Below are positions 60,179 to 64,000 of a stretch of DNA of 64,000 nt, piece by piece. This DNA comes from a virus (lineage: Duplodnaviria > Caudoviricetes). A program made the translations under genes and the position numbers. A model generated the notes under the pieces. The model made no database searches and was not told the origin of the DNA. It was given only the letters and a program-made list of their open reading frames with translations. Within the stretch, counting starts at the first letter, position 1. Every line of letters starts with the position of its first letter. Where the stretch lies: positions 1 to 64,000 of the IMG/VR virus record IMGVR_UViG_3300028591_000098; one strand, 5' to 3'.

Positions 60179-61006
60179 TTATAATTTTGATAGTAATGTT
60201 ATAATTGTAATTGATTTTGGAACAAAATTTGATATTACTCCATTAATACATTGACTGATTGTTTCTCCAGAAGATATTGTGTCATCTAAAATCAATATAT
60301 CTTTACCATCAATTTTTGATCTTATATCTTCATCATACTCAGTACTTATATATTTTATATATTTTAAATATTTTTTATTCATCATTTTTACCTCAAATGA
60401 TGTCCCTTTCATTCTTCTAAAACTACGATGAATTTCGGCAATCACTTTATTAAATTCATTTGGGTAATCTTTTTGTATTTGTTCTTTATCAATTAAATCA
60501 TCATCAATAATTTCTTCAATAGATAATTTAACAAAAAATTCATTTAATATGTCTTTAGACTTTATTTGATCCGAAATGATTTTCATGAATTTTTCATTAA
60601 TATCACTTGTTGATGGTGTTACGATGATAGTATCATATTGTGAATTTATCTTTTTACAAATACTTAAAAATCTTTTAATATACTTATAAATTTCTTCATT
60701 CGTTATATTAAATTTCCATCCATATTTATTCTTTAATGCATATATAAAAGGATTTCCATCTCTTTGTTGATTATCTATATCATATAACTTTGTTCTCTTA
60801 AATATTGATATGACATCATATTCTTTATATTTTGAATATACCGGATTATTTACTAATGAAAAGTCAATACCATGATTATGTGTATCTGTCAATGATACTG
60901 TTTTAGATATTGGATCAATATTTAAGCCCTCAACAATATATGAATCAAGTTCATTTATGTCAGTACTATTAAATGATTCTTTTATTATTTGTGAAAGTGA
61001 TTTCAT
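60179..61006 (-). CDS. Phosphoribosyltransferase-fold protein with capsid-targeting-like tag
   Basis: PRPP loop ILILDDTISSGETI; IIVTPSTS; starts MKSLSQIIKE. Confidence 0.75.
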   Translation of the reverse strand: MKSLSQIIKESFNSTDINELDSYIVEGLNIDPISKTVSLTDTHNHGIDFSLVNNPVYSKYKEYDVISIFKRTKLYDIDNQQRDGNPFIYALKNKYGWKFNITNEEIYKYIKRFLSICKKINSQYDTIIVTPSTSDINEKFMKIISDQIKSKDILNEFFVKLSIEEIIDDDLIDKEQIQKDYPNEFNKVIAEIHRSFRRMKGTSFEVKMMNKKYLKYIKYISTEYDEDIRSKIDGKDILILDDTISSGETISQCINGVISNFVPKSITIITLLSKL

Positions 61007-61038
61007 GTTATTAATAATATAATATTAAATTTTATATT

Positions 61039-61077
61039 AAAATAGTAACAAATGGTAGAGAAATCAATCTCCACCAT
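61039..61077 (-). promoter_or_regulatory. Overlapping terminator hairpin and promoter motif
   Basis: Minus-strand hairpin atggtggaga-ttgatt-tctctaccat; TTGATT-N17-TATTTT with C before -10. Confidence 0.55.
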
Positions 61078-61099
61078 CTGCTGCCTTAATTTTAATCTT
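61064..61099 (-). pseudogene. Remnant duplicate of rtcB 3' end
   Basis: Encodes KIKIKAADGGD* versus KINIKAADGGD* at the end of rtcB, with different synonymous codons. Confidence 0.85.
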
Positions 61100-61115
61100 T
61101 TATTAAAGATATACA

Positions 61116-62447
61116 TCAATCGCCTCCGTCGGCGGCCTTGATGTTAATCTTAGGTATCATCATGAACTTAATCTTGCAAGTTTCTTGAATCAAGTCCTTA
61201 ATCTCATTAGTGTCCTTATAAGCCATTGGTGATTCATCAATAGTTCCCTTACAAACTGTTGTAGAGTAAACATTCTTCATTGAATCTTCAAATTCCTTCA
61301 TAGATACATTCTCTTTAGCCTTTGAACGAGACATCTTACGTCCGGCACCATGGGCACAAGCATTTAACCACTCCGGATTTGAAAGACCTTCACAAATAGC
61401 TACACCATCTCTCATATTGAAAGGAACAAGCATCTCTTCTCCTACATAAGCTCTAATAGCACCCTTACGAATAATAGGTATCTCTTCGTCAAAATCAATA
61501 TAGTTATGTGTAGATATAATTTCCTTAGTAATCTTACATCCATATTTAGCAACTATATTATCAATTGTACGATGAAGAATAATATGATTGAATCGTGCAT
61601 ATGTTCTTGCAGTATACATATCACAGAAATAACCAAACATATTATCACCTGTTAAAAATCCTTCAATATGACCTTCAGTCTTTGACTCAAGATACTTCTT
61701 AAGAGTATCCTTGAAGCCTTCCATATTCTTTCTTCCATGTTCTTCAATATATGCCTTTTTGAACTCATTAGTATACTCCTTCATTTCAGCCTTTGATAGA
61801 GCGGCACCCTTAGACTTATTTTCCCAATATTTGCAAACCTTTACTCCAAAATTTCGAGAACCACAATGAACAGTTATTCCATAAAGATTATTCTCTTCAT
61901 TAACATCATATTCACAGTAGTGGTTACCTCCCCCAAATGAGTTAATTGAGTAATACCATGTCTTAGGATCCATTCCTAAACGATTAAGCATATCAGACAC
62001 CCACTTCTCTGTTACTGTATCAGGAAGTGCAGAGAAAATCTCAGGATGCTTTGATTTTGCCTTCCTAAATTCAGTTGACATAAACTTATAAAGCTCTTTA
62101 TCTTCATACATCTTCTTAGGAGACAAATTGAATCCCCAACCACATTCCTTAAGAATCTTATGATTTAATTCTGCATACTTATCTTCAGGAATTGGTCTGT
62201 CATAAAGATGCATTGAGATTTCACAACCTATGTCGACCCCCACTGTGCGAGGATCAATGTATTTTCCAAAAGTTGAGCAAAAACCTATGACTGATCCTTT
62301 TCCACAGTGGGTATCGGGCATAATTCGTATTGTCTGACCTTCATAAGCCTTACAATTAACTATTCCATATATTTGTGCAATTGCCTCTTCTTCAATATTA
62401 TCATTATAAACAATTGCTTTTGTATACTTTCCAACTAATTCTATCAT
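61116..62447 (-). CDS. rtcB: RtcB RNA ligase (3'-P/5'-OH)
   Basis: MPDTHCG, VGVDIGC, GGGNHY, VHCGSR, HNY, RKGA, HGAGRKMSRS, DESPMAYK. Confidence 0.95.
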   Translation of the reverse strand: MIELVGKYTKAIVYNDNIEEEAIAQIYGIVNCKAYEGQTIRIMPDTHCGKGSVIGFCSTFGKYIDPRTVGVDIGCEISMHLYDRPIPEDKYAELNHKILKECGWGFNLSPKKMYEDKELYKFMSTEFRKAKSKHPEIFSALPDTVTEKWVSDMLNRLGMDPKTWYYSINSFGGGNHYCEYDVNEENNLYGITVHCGSRNFGVKVCKYWENKSKGAALSKAEMKEYTNEFKKAYIEEHGRKNMEGFKDTLKKYLESKTEGHIEGFLTGDNMFGYFCDMYTARTYARFNHIILHRTIDNIVAKYGCKITKEIISTHNYIDFDEEIPIIRKGAIRAYVGEEMLVPFNMRDGVAICEGLSNPEWLNACAHGAGRKMSRSKAKENVSMKEFEDSMKNVYSTTVCKGTIDESPMAYKDTNEIKDLIQETCKIKFMMIPKINIKAADGGD

Positions 62448-62664
62448 AATATTTTTTATTTAATACTTAATATATTATTTATATTTTACCATCTCTTGTT
62501 TGAATATTCAAAAGCTCATTTGTCACATTTTTAATATCCATAATAGCATGATTTATTCCTGGTCGTCTAATAGAATATTGATCCATATAAGCTAATGCAA
62601 ATTCACATAAATCATAAAAATGTTTTGCATTTCTTTTATTAATTGAAATATATTTTATCATAAA

Positions 62665-62973
62665 TTATTCAATAATTATTTTACATGCTTTATTGAAAAG
62701 ATTCCACATTTCTTCATTTGTATAATATTTTCCATTTTCTTCATACACCCAAGGACATGCTTCTTTACCATTTGGGTTATATGATTCATTCCATTTCTCT
62801 AAATTTTCATATTTGTCCCAGAAAAAAATTGCAAAATCTACTAAAGAATAATGCAAACAATCTTCATTACTAATTTTTCCTAAATTATAAAAGTAATCAA
62901 ATATTTGTGACCACGCACATTGAATTTTAAAACATTTATAAAAATATTCTTTATCAAAATTATTAATATTCAT
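62665..62973 (-). CDS. Hypothetical protein
   Basis: 102-aa ORF. Confidence 0.5.
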   Translation of the reverse strand: MNINNFDKEYFYKCFKIQCAWSQIFDYFYNLGKISNEDCLHYSLVDFAIFFWDKYENLEKWNESYNPNGKEACPWVYEENGKYYTNEEMWNLFNKACKIIIE

Positions 62974-63186
62974 ATTATTTTTTATTTACTTATTACTTAA
63001 ATATCTATATATAACAATTACAAAACAGAATATACTTATTAAAACTAATGGCAAAAAAATTACCAGTGTTTCATTATCAAATCCATATTTACTAACATGA
63101 TATCCAAATGCAGATGAAGTCATTATAAGACCTACTGTTACCATGATAATACTTAATATTGATAAATCATTTATCTTTTTCATAAT

Positions 63187-63534
63187 TTACTTTTCTAAAC
63201 TATTAAGTAATTCACAATGCTTGCGACCAATTTGTATTAAATTCATCATGCTTCTGCGTACATGAGCCATTTCCCAAGGCAAATCAGAAAGATTCCCATA
63301 GTTGTCCATTGTAATCTTTACTTCTTCACCCATCTTACCATCATTTGTATCTTTGTGACCAATGAAATAAAATCTATTGAGAATTGAAATGTTCTTAGTA
63401 TCTACAATGTACTCCAAAACACTTTCTCTAATCTTATTTACTTCATCTACAGTAACATTACCTATAAAATTATCATCAACAAAATATTGAAGTGTCGTAT
63501 TTGTAATCTTTGGTATTTCAAGTACTTTTTCCAT
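63187..63534 (-). CDS. Hypothetical protein
   Basis: 115-aa ORF. Confidence 0.55.
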   Translation of the reverse strand: MEKVLEIPKITNTTLQYFVDDNFIGNVTVDEVNKIRESVLEYIVDTKNISILNRFYFIGHKDTNDGKMGEEVKITMDNYGNLSDLPWEMAHVRRSMMNLIQIGRKHCELLNSLEK

Positions 63535-63553
63535 ATTTAATTAAATTTATATA

Positions 63554-63745
63554 TTAAAGATATTTCTTTGCGAGTTCTGAATAATTATTCAAAATATAGA
63601 TATAATTACGATAACCAATCCCATATTCTGCAATGACTTTATTCATATCCATTACCATATTGTACTTACCCGACTGACGAACTTCTTCATATTTCATGAA
63701 CTCCTGTTTGAGCATCTCTGAATAATAGTTCTTTGGTACTTTCAT
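63554..63745 (-). CDS. Small phage protein
   Basis: YEEVRQSGKYNM...YIYILNNYSEL. Confidence 0.6.
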   Translation of the reverse strand: MKVPKNYYSEMLKQEFMKYEEVRQSGKYNMVMDMNKVIAEYGIGYRNYIYILNNYSELAKKYL

Positions 63746-63769
63746 TATAAATTTATTTTAATTACAATA

Positions 63770-64000
63770 TTATTCAAACAATTCAAATTTTTCTTTATAA
63801 TAAAATATATCTTCTGGGTCTTCATTTCTAGATGAATACCAATGACTAATTTCATTATATTCTTCAAATGATATATCTCTAAAACCTTCAACAAGTATTT
63901 GAAATAAATAAAATTTATCTTTATCATTCATTTCATAATAAAGACTATCATCAAACCTACGTCCGGCATATTTAGATTCTAATTCTTTATATGCATTCTT
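63770..64000 (-). CDS. Hypothetical protein, C-terminal part (truncated by window edge)
   Basis: Open frame from 64000: KNAYKELESKYAGRRFDD...EKFELFE*. Confidence 0.6.
   Translation of the reverse strand, partial: KNAYKELESKYAGRRFDDSLYYEMNDKDKFYLFQILVEGFRDISFEEYNEISHWYSSRNEDPEDIFYYKEKFELFE

Noticed and set aside
63745-63927. Track ORF MIKINFIYF...
   Set aside because: Shadow of a longer open frame 64000..63770 with more typical composition
1-64000. TAG-to-Gln recoding as in some Lak/crAss-like gut phages
   Set aside because: Genes are intact in code 11; TAG stops sit in terminator hairpins or directly before the next start (5918, 22301, 28037, 30118, 51297)
1-64000. tRNA, rRNA or intron/intein sequences
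   Set aside because: No intergenic stretch with cloverleaf or T-loop signatures was seen; recognised enzymes have normal lengths; a tRNA/covariance-model scan would confirm

Overview
64 kb of a very AT-rich, densely coded large (jumbo-type) tailed-phage genome with T4-like structural genes (gp25/gp6-like baseplate wedge proteins, a gp21-like prohead protease homologue, collagen-like fibre). It reads in the standard code. The host is probably Bacteroidota: IF-1 is Bacteroidota-like, there are no Shine-Dalgarno sites, and there are BspA/LRR and PL9-like proteins. Minus-strand blocks hold mostly metabolic or early genes and small hypotheticals. Plus-strand islands hold structural genes and a large set of proteins that share one N-terminal tag. 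Main signals: (1) 18 proteins from many different families begin with the same 10-residue M-K-x-[LI]-x-x-[YFI]-[IL]-x-E tag (one has R2, one A8), which resembles the T4 internal-protein capsid-targeting sequence and suggests a large virion-packaged effector repertoire (ferritin, PRTase, GNAT-like, glycine-zipper, five DUF285 paralogues). (2) A six-gene cytosine hypermodification cluster: kinase, gp42-like dCMP hydroxymethylase, a second shortened TS-fold paralogue, alpha- and beta-glucosyltransferase-like enzymes and an atypical C5-methyltransferase. (3) A gp21 homologue lacking its catalytic Ser, a RimK-RimB-like fusion, two RNA ligases, and a synonymous duplicate of the rtcB 3' end that doubles as terminator and promoter. 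All family calls come from motif recognition by eye; no database search was run. Not every small hypothetical ORF is listed.
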